Virus record (IMG/VR): IMGVR_UViG_3300030433_003470
Location: 1 to 45,681 of that record
Length of the DNA: 45,681 nt
Reading direction: 5' to 3' (one strand)
Source of the DNA: a virus
Taxonomy: Duplodnaviria; Caudoviricetes
Program-made: the position numbers and the translations under genes
The notes under the pieces: model-generated
The model's database searches: none
What the model was told of the DNA's origin: nothing
Seen by the model: the letters and a program-made list of their open reading frames with translations, nothing else
Shown: positions 30,218-39,760 of the stretch, one piece after another
Layout: each line of letters opens with the position of its first letter
Numbering within the stretch: position 1 is the first letter of the stretch

Positions 30218-31845
30218 TGCTTAAAGTACTCCTTGTGCCACTCATATTCAGGACTTTTCTCATAGACATCTGAGTATTTCCAAAATATTTCTCTCTCTTC
30301 TGCGCGTTTTTTCGCCTCGTTTTCAGAAGATGTCGAAAGCCCATTTGGATTCATATAATAAAGTCCGTGAACTCCGTAGACTTTTTTAAATTTTGATCCG
30401 TTTTTTACTGCTCGTAGCCACATTTCCCAATCGCCTGCTGATTTATAGTCTGTATTGAAATAACCTATACCATCATGCATAGTCTTTCTCCACACCGGCA
30501 TACAACCAGGAAGACATTTAATCATATTTTCCCTAGAAAATTCTTTAATTGGATATACAAGACCTTGTGAAGAGTTCTGTTGGTAATTTTCATTTTCTCT
30601 AGAGGTAACGAAGCACTCTGAATATACTAAATCAATGTCTTGATTGCTATCAAGCTCTTCACAAAATATTTCAAGTTGTTGTAGTGACCGTACATCGTCT
30701 AAATTTGCATTTGAAATATATTCGCCCGATGACATTTGTATTGCAATGTTCCAACATCCGTAAATCCCAGGGTCATAATCTAACTTTTTATATTTAATAT
30801 TATTATATTTTTCCGTATACTTTTCTATGATTTTATCTTCGTTTCCTGGGGAGTTTGCATTGACAATTATCAATTCACAAGAGTCAAAAATACTTTGATT
30901 TGTAAGGTTGTTTAAATATTTATCAATGTATTTGTCTCCCTTGAACATAGAGGTGACTATGGAAACTTTTGGCTTTGTTTTGTACGATAAGTTATATATC
31001 TTATTAGTTTTTTCAATTTTAAAACAACTGATGATTCTTTCAACTATCGTGTCTTTTTTTGATCGCATCAAGTTAATCAAATGCAAACCCTTAAGTTTAA
31101 ACCATTCCTCGCCGGTTGCTCCAATTAAGTTGTTTACGTGTACTTCACAACCCATCATTCTTGCTTCAACCACAGTGCGCGAAAAGGTTTCTGGTGTTTT
31201 TGGCAGAAAACAAAATTTAGAATTGCTTCCCATCATTTTAAGGAATTCGTGATAGTCGTTGGAGAATATCAGTTGATAATCGCTGCCGGCGCAATGCCTT
31301 AACGCGCCAGAAGTATTTTTATGAGGTATAGGTGAGTTTAATATTGAAAACCTATCTTTTTTTTTCACCTCTAACATTTTTTCCATGAAATTTAAATCTG
31401 CTTCTGACCAGAGATTACCAGATAGGTTAACAATATTATCTACATTTAAATTATTTTTTACGATCAGAGCATGAAACTTACTTTGACAAAGCACAGATTT
31501 TGCTTTCTGATAAAAGTCCTTGAACACTACGTGTTCTTTTGGTGCGGTAAACTTTGGATATAAGGCAGGGTTTCTATTTAAAAGATACTTGTGATCGTGT
31601 TCGTATATCAAGTAGTTAACTTTTTTTATCTCATTCATCAAGTCTGGATTTAGCAATACAAAATTCGACACAATAAAAAAAGAATCTTTGTTTTTTTCAA
31701 TATACTCTTTTGTTACACTTTGACTTTTTTTTTCAACACAATCATAGCCTCTGGCAATTAATTCTTCACAAACAATTTTGTTATTGATTTCTGCTCCACC
31801 TAGTATTTCGCTAGACAGATAATCAGCTATGATTATAAACTTCAC
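30214..31845 (-). CDS. Two-domain glycosyltransferase (GT-B/GT4-like N-terminus plus GT2 C-terminus)
   Basis: GGAE and ETFSRTVVEARMMGC, then KVSIVTS, ANLDD and GDWEMWLR; GTG start. Confidence 0.8.
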   Translation of the reverse strand: MKFIIIADYLSSEILGGAEINNKIVCEELIARGYDCVEKKSQSVTKEYIEKNKDSFFIVSNFVLLNPDLMNEIKKVNYLIYEHDHKYLLNRNPALYPKFTAPKEHVVFKDFYQKAKSVLCQSKFHALIVKNNLNVDNIVNLSGNLWSEADLNFMEKMLEVKKKDRFSILNSPIPHKNTSGALRHCAGSDYQLIFSNDYHEFLKMMGSNSKFCFLPKTPETFSRTVVEARMMGCEVHVNNLIGATGEEWFKLKGLHLINLMRSKKDTIVERIISCFKIEKTNKIYNLSYKTKPKVSIVTSMFKGDKYIDKYLNNLTNQSIFDSCELIIVNANSPGNEDKIIEKYTEKYNNIKYKKLDYDPGIYGCWNIAIQMSSGEYISNANLDDVRSLQQLEIFCEELDSNQDIDLVYSECFVTSRENENYQQNSSQGLVYPIKEFSRENMIKCLPGCMPVWRKTMHDGIGYFNTDYKSAGDWEMWLRAVKNGSKFKKVYGVHGLYYMNPNGLSTSSENEAKKRAEEREIFWKYSDVYEKSPEYEWHKEYFKQ

Positions 31846-33096
31846 TTATGCGAAAACCTTAACCTGCTCTTCAGCTTCTACAAGGTTCGGCAACAGACTT
31901 GTTGCCATTTTTTCTAGCTGCTTTTGTTCGCTGAATTCTTTTAGTATCCAGGTTTTAAGTTTTTTTGCTTGAGAGTTAAACCTAGAATAATCTTTGTACA
32001 TTTCTCTAAGTTTCATCTTACAAGAACCTTGCTGCGGATATGCCCACATGGAGTCTTGTTGTAAAACTCCCTCCCAAACAGCGTGTTGAGGTATTGGTTT
32101 AATATCATAATCAACACGACAAAAGTGAGCTTTATTTTTCTTTTTACCTTTTTTATCTTTAGTCGGTTTGTACAAAAAGTCTAAATGACCAGACCAATCT
32201 GTTGCAACAATTGGTAATCCACAATAAGCAGCCTCAAACAGAGGAAGACCAAACCCTTCACCGTGAGTGAGGCTTACGAGAGCGTGAATATCATCATGAC
32301 GATAGAGAGCGTGCATCTCGTGATCGTCTAAATCTCCATGTAAAAAGTATACCTTGCACTTTCTGTTTTTGTACGGTGTTAATATCTTTTTAAGTTCGTC
32401 CTCAATTGCTGCTCTATCCATAACGCAGCCGCCCTTTAAAAACGTTTTAACGACAAGTCCAACGTCTGGATTATCGATAAATTCTTCAACGAACCATTTA
32501 ATTGTTGTGCCAAGGTTCTTGCGAGGTCCCCATTGAGCAACTGTAAGAAAGTTAAACTTTGTTGGAAGATTTAAATCTAAGAGTTTAGTTGGCGCTTCTA
32601 GTATATTTTGCTTTACAGGATAATGAACAATTTCAACATCCTTATTGCACTTAAGCACGCCTCTTTGACCTGTTCTTTCATCTATTCCTTCGTAGACCGT
32701 ATTTATAAGTGTTTGTTTTGAGTGCTGAGAAATGGTTATAATTTTATCCATTTCGTTGCATTTTTGTAACCAAATTGGTGCAACCTTCGTTGTTTCAATG
32801 CCAGCGGTAACACCAATATTCATGGGCGCTAGACGTTGCCACTCATTTGGTATTGTTACTTGAATTGATACATCATATTGACCACCCTGTTGACTGTGAA
32901 CAGCGGCTTTTCTAATCAGCTGGTCAAACCAAGCTCTTTCTTCGGAGTCTTCCCAAATCCATGCTGAGTTGCCCCAATTAACAGGAAACAGATATAAGTC
33001 CAAGTCATTAACTTCTCTAAGTGCCCTAAGAACAAAACGACAATGTTCTCCATATCCAGTTCTGGTTAGTGCTGGTCCTTTTACTAAAATTTTCAT
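31846..33096 (-). CDS. GT4-family glycosyltransferase
   Basis: TGYG, PRKN and GEGFGLPLFEAAYCGLPIVATDWSG. Confidence 0.9.
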   Translation of the reverse strand: MKILVKGPALTRTGYGEHCRFVLRALREVNDLDLYLFPVNWGNSAWIWEDSEERAWFDQLIRKAAVHSQQGGQYDVSIQVTIPNEWQRLAPMNIGVTAGIETTKVAPIWLQKCNEMDKIITISQHSKQTLINTVYEGIDERTGQRGVLKCNKDVEIVHYPVKQNILEAPTKLLDLNLPTKFNFLTVAQWGPRKNLGTTIKWFVEEFIDNPDVGLVVKTFLKGGCVMDRAAIEDELKKILTPYKNRKCKVYFLHGDLDDHEMHALYRHDDIHALVSLTHGEGFGLPLFEAAYCGLPIVATDWSGHLDFLYKPTKDKKGKKKNKAHFCRVDYDIKPIPQHAVWEGVLQQDSMWAYPQQGSCKMKLREMYKDYSRFNSQAKKLKTWILKEFSEQKQLEKMATSLLPNLVEAEEQVKVFA

Positions 33097-33119
33097 TTAT
33101 TTTTCCTTGTTTGTATACT

Positions 33120-33665
33120 TTAAAAATTATTAAGTATAATTCCTGTATTTGTAATGTTGAATACACTAACATTTGAAGCGTCTTGTTGTGTAATAGTTCT
33201 TTCCAATAATTCTTGCCAGACAACAAGATCTTCTTTTCTATCAATATCATCAACTACCAACATCTTGTTCTCTAGATTAAATAAATCAATATTTTCTATA
33301 AATCCATATCGTTTAGCTGGATTTTCTAGATTGCCGGCTGGTCCATCTATAATTAAAATATCATAATTTATATTTGGGATTTCTTTTTTTAATACCTCAA
33401 CATCATACCAACCGTTTTTTATAGGAGCGTGAATATAGTTTGAACTTGCTTTATTTAGCCACCGCTCATCTTCTTCTATTGACGTCATAGAAAAACCCAT
33501 GTGACATAAAACTTGTGTGGCTGCACCTGAACCTAGTTCTAATATTTTTTTATCTTTAGGTATTGATCGGTAAAAATACTCTAGAACAGAAGCGTTCATG
33601 TTCCAATCACTATAAATTATCTCAATCCCTTTTTTAACATCGTCTGGAAATATCTCAAATGACAC
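33120..33665 (-). CDS. Class I SAM-dependent methyltransferase (likely sugar O-methyltransferase)
   Basis: ILELGSG, ILIIDGP and VVDD; GTG start; lies between two GT4 genes. Confidence 0.75.
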   Translation of the reverse strand: MSFEIFPDDVKKGIEIIYSDWNMNASVLEYFYRSIPKDKKILELGSGAATQVLCHMGFSMTSIEEDERWLNKASSNYIHAPIKNGWYDVEVLKKEIPNINYDILIIDGPAGNLENPAKRYGFIENIDLFNLENKMLVVDDIDRKEDLVVWQELLERTITQQDASNVSVFNITNTGIILNNF

Positions 33666-33666
33666 T

Positions 33667-34935
33667 TTATGCCACCTCTTTTAAATACCATCGCTTTTGA
33701 TACTTACGAGTCTCCCAAGATCCCCCCTCTTCGTAAATTTTAAGCATTGTATCAACCCACACTTTATTAAAGTCATCAAAATTATAATTTTTCATAACGT
33801 GTTCTCTGCCAAGCTGACCCATCTTTTCACGCTTATTCTTGGGCATCGAAAACATATTTTCTAATGCATCAACAACATCATCGCCATTTAAACGATCTTC
33901 ATAAATCCAAGGTATGTTTTGCGATCCAATAATAGATTTGGAAGATGGATAAAGTGGAATTCCAAATTGATTTTTTCCACCTATAACCTGCTCTTGCAAA
34001 CCACCAGTCATGTTTACAATAATTGGGGTCCCGCAAGAAAGAGATTCTAGTGTAGCTAATCCAAAACCCTCTGCATCTGAGATATTAATAGTGCAGTCTG
34101 ATACATTATACATTACAGATAGCTGTCTTAGGTCGACTTTCTGTTGACTAAATAAGACTTCTCCATTGGTTAACCCTAAGTGTTTAATAATTGCTTCTAA
34201 ATCTTGTCCGTTTGGGTCCTTAATCTCAGTATGCATTACAAGACATGCTTTATCGTGACCAACTCGATCTAAAAATTCTTTAAACCAAAAAATTAAAGAC
34301 CCTGATTGCTTTCTTCTAGCGTTTCTGTTGTTCCAAAAAAATATAAATTTATCTGGATCGTAGCGATCTCCAAGCATTTGTTTTTTAAAATTATCTAATT
34401 CATCTTTATTTTCTATCGGTTTAAATATATCGCCGTTAACTGCATGGGGTATATATTGTGATTTAACACTTGGAGCGACAGTTTTTACAATGTCGTCGGT
34501 TACTTTTGAGATTGTAGCGATAAAATCATTTGATTCGTAAAAAGATTTATTAAAAGTAGGATAAGGATAATTATCCCAAACATGATAATATATCATGGGC
34601 ATAAGAGGTCTAATTTCATGCTCCATTTCCCATAACCAATGCCAAAACCGAGGATCAGTCATAAACCAAATCATGTCTGGCTTCTCTTGTCGAATTAGAG
34701 ATCTAACCATCTCTTTATTGCCATATCCATCAACGGGATACATAATCCAATCATCTCCATATTGATCTGTTTTGATTGGATCGTATTTTGGATGTTTAAT
34801 GGCGCCGCCAAATGAACGAATTTGAAACTTGCCGCTTTTTAATAACGCTTCACAAATATACCTAGTTTGAGTTCCCACGCCACTAGGACTAAGAGGCATA
34901 TCACTAAGAGTGAAGACCTTAATTTTTTTATCCAT
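33667..34935 (-). CDS. GT4-family glycosyltransferase
   Basis: SGVG, NRNARRKQ and AEGFGLATLESLSCGTPIIVNMTGGLQEQ. Confidence 0.9.
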   Translation of the reverse strand: MDKKIKVFTLSDMPLSPSGVGTQTRYICEALLKSGKFQIRSFGGAIKHPKYDPIKTDQYGDDWIMYPVDGYGNKEMVRSLIRQEKPDMIWFMTDPRFWHWLWEMEHEIRPLMPMIYYHVWDNYPYPTFNKSFYESNDFIATISKVTDDIVKTVAPSVKSQYIPHAVNGDIFKPIENKDELDNFKKQMLGDRYDPDKFIFFWNNRNARRKQSGSLIFWFKEFLDRVGHDKACLVMHTEIKDPNGQDLEAIIKHLGLTNGEVLFSQQKVDLRQLSVMYNVSDCTINISDAEGFGLATLESLSCGTPIIVNMTGGLQEQVIGGKNQFGIPLYPSSKSIIGSQNIPWIYEDRLNGDDVVDALENMFSMPKNKREKMGQLGREHVMKNYNFDDFNKVWVDTMLKIYEEGGSWETRKYQKRWYLKEVA

Positions 34936-34942
34936 TTAAACC

Positions 34943-35749
34943 TCATGAACAGTATTCTGTCTTATAATATTCGCATACGCCATATTTACCGTAACAGGAA
35001 AGTCTATTTTTGACGTGATTGCATTTATCAATATTATACACGGCTTTATTTAATAGTTTAAGCGCATTGCCAATTTTCTTTTCACCATTAGTAACTTTGA
35101 ATAACTCAACATTATTCTTTTTTGCAGTTCTTTTTAGGAGGGCAAAGTGAGTTGTAATATCTTTAAAATCTTTTCCGTGCTTCTTAGCCCAGAAGTTTTT
35201 ATAAAGAGTCAACTGGTACGTGATCATCTTATCTGTTTTCTTCCGACTATCCCAACCCCAGGAGCAAGTCTTCCAATCAATAATATGAAACTTTTTAGTA
35301 TCCGGTGTATAAACAACAAGATCGATGAAACCTTTGAATTTCTTTTGAATGTTTTTGTTCTCAATGATTTCGTATAGAGGCTCCTCTACTGAAACCATCT
35401 CAAACTTTCCAAAGTATTTTTTGAGAGCAGGTAGAATAAACTGAATAAGATGTTTGCCTTGTTTTCTCATATCAGCAATGAGATTTGCATTAAATTCAAT
35501 ATCGGGTGTTGATTTTTTTATGCTCTGCAGGTTTTTAACAAACTCATGCTCAAAAAGCTCTTCTAGACCTTGAGATTTTTTATTTTTATCAAAGTCTTCA
35601 ACTACAACTTCACAAACTGTGTGTAATGCAGAACCAAAAGCAGTGTGTTCGTTTCCTTTAAACTGTTTAATCTTATCAATATAATTTAATTTATGTTTCC
35701 AAGGGCAAGTTGTCCACTCTTTAAGCTCGGAGTAGGATATATGAGACAT
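34943..35749 (-). CDS. PD-(D/E)XK nuclease, AddB/Cas4-like, with a putative Fe-S cluster
   Basis: ISYS, CPWK, FGSALH, GFIDLV, IIDWKT, QLTLY and three C-terminal Cys. Confidence 0.88.
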   Translation of the reverse strand: MSHISYSELKEWTTCPWKHKLNYIDKIKQFKGNEHTAFGSALHTVCEVVVEDFDKNKKSQGLEELFEHEFVKNLQSIKKSTPDIEFNANLIADMRKQGKHLIQFILPALKKYFGKFEMVSVEEPLYEIIENKNIQKKFKGFIDLVVYTPDTKKFHIIDWKTCSWGWDSRKKTDKMITYQLTLYKNFWAKKHGKDFKDITTHFALLKRTAKKNNVELFKVTNGEKKIGNALKLLNKAVYNIDKCNHVKNRLSCYGKYGVCEYYKTEYCS

Positions 35750-36136
35750 TTATTCCTCTGTTGTTTTTCTTGTTGCCCTTTTCTTTTTAGCCTTTGTTTG
35801 TTTTTTAAGACCATAAGGCAACGAAGCTTCTTTTTTTTGCTCCTCAACTTGAGGAGACGCAGCTTCTACTATTTGATCTATTTTAACATAATTTTTTTCA
35901 TTGTCAACAGATATTTCTTTATCAATTTCGAAAACATATCTGCCAGTATTTTCCCATTTAGTAAGATCACCATCGCTTAATTCGCTTACAAAAATATAAT
36001 TTTGTAAATCGTAATCATTCTTTAATGCATTTATAATGTCACTCTTTAATGCATAGACTTTTTTAGATCTCGATCTACTATTTGCAGTCACTGAAAATAT
36101 TTTTTTGTTTCCATCTATAAGTTGTTTAATACGCAT
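35750..36136 (-). CDS. Hypothetical protein with a basic C-terminal tail (~128 aa)
   Basis: AAGGAG upstream of the ATG at 36136 (the track start at 36169 overlaps the upstream gene). Confidence 0.65.
   Translation of the reverse strand: MRIKQLIDGNKKIFSVTANSRSRSKKVYALKSDIINALKNDYDLQNYIFVSELSDGDLTKWENTGRYVFEIDKEISVDNEKNYVKIDQIVEAASPQVEEQKKEASLPYGLKKQTKAKKKRATRKTTEE
35880..35907 (-). promoter_or_regulatory. Sigma70-type promoter inside the 128-aa ORF, upstream of the nuclease and glycan genes
   Basis: Minus strand TTGACA-16 nt-TAAAAT with a TG extended -10. Confidence 0.55.
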
Positions 36137-36146
36137 TTCTCTCTCC

Positions 36147-36815
36147 TTAGTACTCAAAAAATTGATCAACTTTTTGAAATAACACAGGGCTAATTTCTTT
36201 TAATTTTTCCCTTACTCCTAATAAATAGTTTTCAAAACCATTTGCCCAGTATTCTCTTAAAGCTGTAATGGCATAAGGGGAATAAAATAATTCGGCAGAA
36301 AAACCTCTTAGCGTATCGTAACCAATATTCTTATATAAATGTTGATCAAATTCATAATCATATTCTGGATTACTATATGAGTCTATATCATACTCTTTGT
36401 CACCCAAACGATAATATAAATGTGTTCTTTTCGCTATAAACTCACGTTCTAGCCGACCATCGCCATATATTTTATCTTTATGTATTTTTTCAACTGCATG
36501 TGCAACTTCATGAAGAATATCATCTAGTAAATCAGCTTCATTATCTTGATCTGGAGAGAGGTATATCGCTCCATCTTTAAACATTGCATTGAACTCTCGA
36601 CCATCTTTAAAAAATTCATCCACATAGCCAACAAAAAAACTATCAACATTATCGAAAAAATACTCTGGTGTCAAAGTTTCCACTTTTCTTTTTACATAAT
36701 TAAGATCGATATCTCTCTCAAAAGGTTGTGCAAACATAAACGGCTTTCCATGAATGGTGTACTGTTTTAATTTCTTTTTTGACTTTTCGGCTTCGGTGAC
36801 AATATAATCTTGCAT
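36147..36815 (-). CDS. Zincin-like metallopeptidase (HExxH)
   Basis: ILHEVAHAVE plus downstream LREYWA (third-ligand Glu pattern); ATG at 36815 preferred over TTG at 36833. Confidence 0.68.
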   Translation of the reverse strand: MQDYIVTEAEKSKKKLKQYTIHGKPFMFAQPFERDIDLNYVKRKVETLTPEYFFDNVDSFFVGYVDEFFKDGREFNAMFKDGAIYLSPDQDNEADLLDDILHEVAHAVEKIHKDKIYGDGRLEREFIAKRTHLYYRLGDKEYDIDSYSNPEYDYEFDQHLYKNIGYDTLRGFSAELFYSPYAITALREYWANGFENYLLGVREKLKEISPVLFQKVDQFFEY

Positions 36816-36816
36816 T

Positions 36817-37080
36817 CTATTTGACACTTTCAATAGCGGTGCTTTTCATTAACTCAGTATCAGCAAGCCCCTGCTGGTATCCACGAATAAAATTTTCTTC
36901 AGCTAAGGTTAAAAGAAATTCTGGAAACTCTTTTGCCATAACCTGGATAATCATTTCTACATTAACTTCATCATTTTCTGGTTGTATTTTTTCTCCAACA
37001 TAATTGATTAACCACTGCTTCATTTCATTTTCCGGCTGGACCGGCTTCAACAAATCTGGATTTTCATTTTCTAAATTCAT
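36817..37080 (-). CDS. Hypothetical protein (87 aa)
   Basis: AAGGAG ribosome-binding site and its own promoter upstream. Confidence 0.75.
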   Translation of the reverse strand: MNLENENPDLLKPVQPENEMKQWLINYVGEKIQPENDEVNVEMIIQVMAKEFPEFLLTLAEENFIRGYQQGLADTELMKSTAIESVK

Positions 37081-37099
37081 GTAATGCTCCTTTTATGTA

Positions 37100-37128
37100 A
37101 ATATAACAGATATTTTAGATAGTTTAAA
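37100..37128 (-). promoter_or_regulatory. Sigma70-type promoter
   Basis: Minus strand TTTAAA-17 nt-TATATT with a TG extended -10; same layout as the purA promoter. Confidence 0.5.
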
Positions 37129-38437
37129 GTATTTTAGACGCTATTGTTGCAACTTTGGATCGCTCACCTTTTCGAAGTGTTACGTGTCCAGAAATTTCAA
37201 AAGTTTTAAATTTTTCAACAGCGTGAGTTAGCCCATTAGATGTTTCATCCAAGTATACGTTGTCAATTTGCTCAATGTCTCCTGTTAAAACTATTTTTGT
37301 GCCCTCTCCGACACGAGTAAGAATGGTCTTAAGTTCATGAGCAGTTAGATTTTGCGCCTCATCGATGATAATGAAAGCATTTGTGATTGAACGTCCACGA
37401 ATATAAGTCAAAGCTTCAACTTCTATCTTGCCCCTATCTAGATAAGTTTCTAACGTTGCTTTATCGTTAGCCATTAAATACTCTAGGTTATCGCGGATTG
37501 GTGCGACCCAGGGAGACATTTTTTCTTCCATTGTACCTGGTAAGAAACCAATATCTCTACCCATTGGTTGAATAGGTCTAGATACCACAAGACGGCTGTA
37601 TGTTTCTTTTTCTACAACTTGACTTAAACCAGCAGCGATTGCCATTAAGGTTTTACCACAACCAGCCTTACCCACTAACGTAACCACATTCACTTTTGGG
37701 TCTTCTAATAAATCCATAGCAAAAATCTGCTCTTTATTTCTAGATTTCAAACCCCAAAGTCTTTTTTTATTGCCGGGATTGAGCAACTTCAAGGGTTTCT
37801 CATAGGATTCAAACTTTCCAAGAGCAGTCTTTTTTTCATTTTGATTTGAAATCAGCATTAAAAACTGATTTGGATTTAATTCTAGCTCATCTTCTTCTAT
37901 GTGTACTTCTTCTCCGCTATAAAACCTGTCTAAAACAGGCTCGTCAACTAAATGAGTAGTGAAGCCCGTATATATATTATCTGTGTCTTTTATAACTTGA
38001 TCTGAATTATAATCCTCAGTCGGAAGACCCAACGAATCGCATTTAACACGCATATTAATATCTCGGGTAGCCACGATTACTTTTCTTCTTGGGTTTTCAT
38101 TTTTTTGGTTTAACGCTACGCTAATGATCTCGTTATCGGGAACAGATAAATCTAAGTCATCTGGTATCCCCTCTCGTTTGACCATTTTCACGCATATTAG
38201 ACCTTTACCTTTGTCTATTCTTACTCCTTTAGACAGGCTACCTTTCTCACGAAGGGCATCAAGATCACGAATCAACATCCTCGCATTTGTACCTGCACCA
38301 TCTTGTCTTTTTTTATTGTTATCTATTTCTTCAAGAACTTTAAGAGGTAGGACAATATCGTTATTAGCATAAGATCGAATACAATTAGCATCTGTCAAAC
38401 AAACGCTCGTATCAAGAATATAAATTTTTTTAGCCAT
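37124..38437 (-). CDS. phoH: PhoH-family ATPase with N-terminal PIN domain
   Basis: YILDTSV, VLEEID and TRDINMRVK (PIN); GKAGCGKT, GFLPG, YIRGRS, IIDEAQN and GDIEQID (PhoH). Confidence 0.93.
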   Translation of the reverse strand: MAKKIYILDTSVCLTDANCIRSYANNDIVLPLKVLEEIDNNKKRQDGAGTNARMLIRDLDALREKGSLSKGVRIDKGKGLICVKMVKREGIPDDLDLSVPDNEIISVALNQKNENPRRKVIVATRDINMRVKCDSLGLPTEDYNSDQVIKDTDNIYTGFTTHLVDEPVLDRFYSGEEVHIEEDELELNPNQFLMLISNQNEKKTALGKFESYEKPLKLLNPGNKKRLWGLKSRNKEQIFAMDLLEDPKVNVVTLVGKAGCGKTLMAIAAGLSQVVEKETYSRLVVSRPIQPMGRDIGFLPGTMEEKMSPWVAPIRDNLEYLMANDKATLETYLDRGKIEVEALTYIRGRSITNAFIIIDEAQNLTAHELKTILTRVGEGTKIVLTGDIEQIDNVYLDETSNGLTHAVEKFKTFEISGHVTLRKGERSKVATIASKIL

Positions 38438-38518
38438 GTTAACTCACTTTGTTAAACACTTGATCTTTTTCAACAATGCACTTAATTCTAGCATGTGAAA
38501 TATGAAAAAGCAATCACT

Positions 38519-38527
38519 ATAAATAGT
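38519..38527 (-). promoter_or_regulatory. Candidate late promoter motif ACTATTTAT upstream of phoH
   Basis: Intergenic, embedded in the inverted repeat CACTAT-AA-ATAGTG (38515-38528). Confidence 0.5.
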
Positions 38528-38618
38528 GTTTTTATTTGTTTAAATGGTAAAAACACAATTGGAACCCTTATTTATTTATATGGGAGTGAAAATCTCAGAG
38601 ATAAGGGAGGATAAAAAA

Positions 38619-39377
38619 ATGAGTAGGGTTATGATTAGTACCCTCGCGTTCGTTATGCTGTTTGCTTTCTCTTGCGGTACGACGAATTCAAGTGTAAAAA
38701 ATGATTTTCCAAGAGAAGGATTTGCATTTATCAGCAAAACAGTTCAACTAAAAAGATGTTTTGGTGAAGATAAATGTGCAACAATGGATCTACGATCATC
38801 AGGTTCTGGTTATGTTGTTAGACTTTCCGACAAGGGAGCATATATAGTCACTGCCGCTCACGTTTGTGATGGTGAAAAAGGCTTGTTGGAATCAGTAGAA
38901 CAAACTATTCATATGAGAGTTTCAACATTATCATTAAAAAAATACGATGCCGTTGTTCTAAAGAAAGACTCGTCAATTGACGCTTGTTTGCTTTTTGCAG
39001 AGGGTTTAACTGAAGGGGTAGAAGTTATACCTCTAGCCATGAAACCTCCGAAAAGAGGTGAAAAAGTTTACAATATAGCTGCTCCTTTGGGCATGTTTGA
39101 TTATGACATGGTTCCGGTATTTGAGGGCAGATATGCTGGTGAAGAAGATGGTCGAGATGTATATGCATTGGCAGCTACATATGGCTCTTCTGGGTCTATG
39201 ATTCTGAATTCTAAAGGTGAGCTAGTAGGAATGGTTCATTCTGTTTTAGTAAAGTTTAGAAATATTGCTATTTCTTCACCTTATGAAAAACTAATGGAGT
39301 TTATTAGAAGCGGTATTTCTAGAGCAGAATTGTCAGAACGGGCTTGTGTCCCACCTATTGAGTATAATAAATATTAA
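38619..39377 (+). CDS. Trypsin-like serine protease with a lipoprotein signal peptide
   Basis: GGAGG upstream of the ATG at 38619; hydrophobic signal ending FAFSC; catalytic triad TAAHVC / DACLL / GSSGS. Confidence 0.85.
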   Translation: MSRVMISTLAFVMLFAFSCGTTNSSVKNDFPREGFAFISKTVQLKRCFGEDKCATMDLRSSGSGYVVRLSDKGAYIVTAAHVCDGEKGLLESVEQTIHMRVSTLSLKKYDAVVLKKDSSIDACLLFAEGLTEGVEVIPLAMKPPKRGEKVYNIAAPLGMFDYDMVPVFEGRYAGEEDGRDVYALAATYGSSGSMILNSKGELVGMVHSVLVKFRNIAISSPYEKLMEFIRSGISRAELSERACVPPIEYNKY

Positions 39378-39760
39378 TATCGATATCTAACATTTCTTTT
39401 GTTCCAAATTGTAAGACCTAGTTTGTTTTTGACCCAGATTAGGTCTGTATATAAATTCATGTAATCTGTATAGTTTTCTTCGTCCGTGTGTGCTTGCATA
39501 AAAGTAAACTCATCCATTTGAAAAAATGTGTCTAAATAGAAATTAATTTTATTATCAATTTGTTCTCTACTGCTGGCTATTGATGTTTTAATATCTGGTA
39601 GGTAAAATGAATAACCAGTTTTATCATGAATGATTGTTATCAGCAGTCTTCCAGTTATTAATTCAGCTTTTAAGCTTATATGATCAATATTGGTAACATA
39701 CCAATGCTCTTGCTCAAAAGAACGAATAGATTTTCTTTTTTTACCATATTTAGATGCCAT
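39374..39760 (-). CDS. Hypothetical protein (128 aa)
   Basis: Coding-strand ORF with a TAATG overlap; stop overlaps the convergent protease stop. Confidence 0.65.
   Translation of the reverse strand: MASKYGKKRKSIRSFEQEHWYVTNIDHISLKAELITGRLLITIIHDKTGYSFYLPDIKTSIASSREQIDNKINFYLDTFFQMDEFTFMQAHTDEENYTDYMNLYTDLIWVKNKLGLTIWNKRNVRYRY

Noticed and set aside
18951-34935. Bacterial O-antigen/capsule locus (cellular origin of the window)
   Set aside because: No wzx/wzy/wzm/wzt or priming transferase, and the genes are seamlessly coupled to phage sigma and baseplate genes.
34943-35749. CRISPR-associated cas4
   Set aside because: No cas1/cas2 and no repeat-spacer array seen; solo Cas4-like nucleases are common in phages.
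38518-38525. Canonical T4 late promoter TATAAATA on the + strand driving the protease
   Set aside because: It cannot be excluded, but the same ATAAATAGT core occurs at six other sites where only minus-strand genes follow, so the reverse reading explains the data better.
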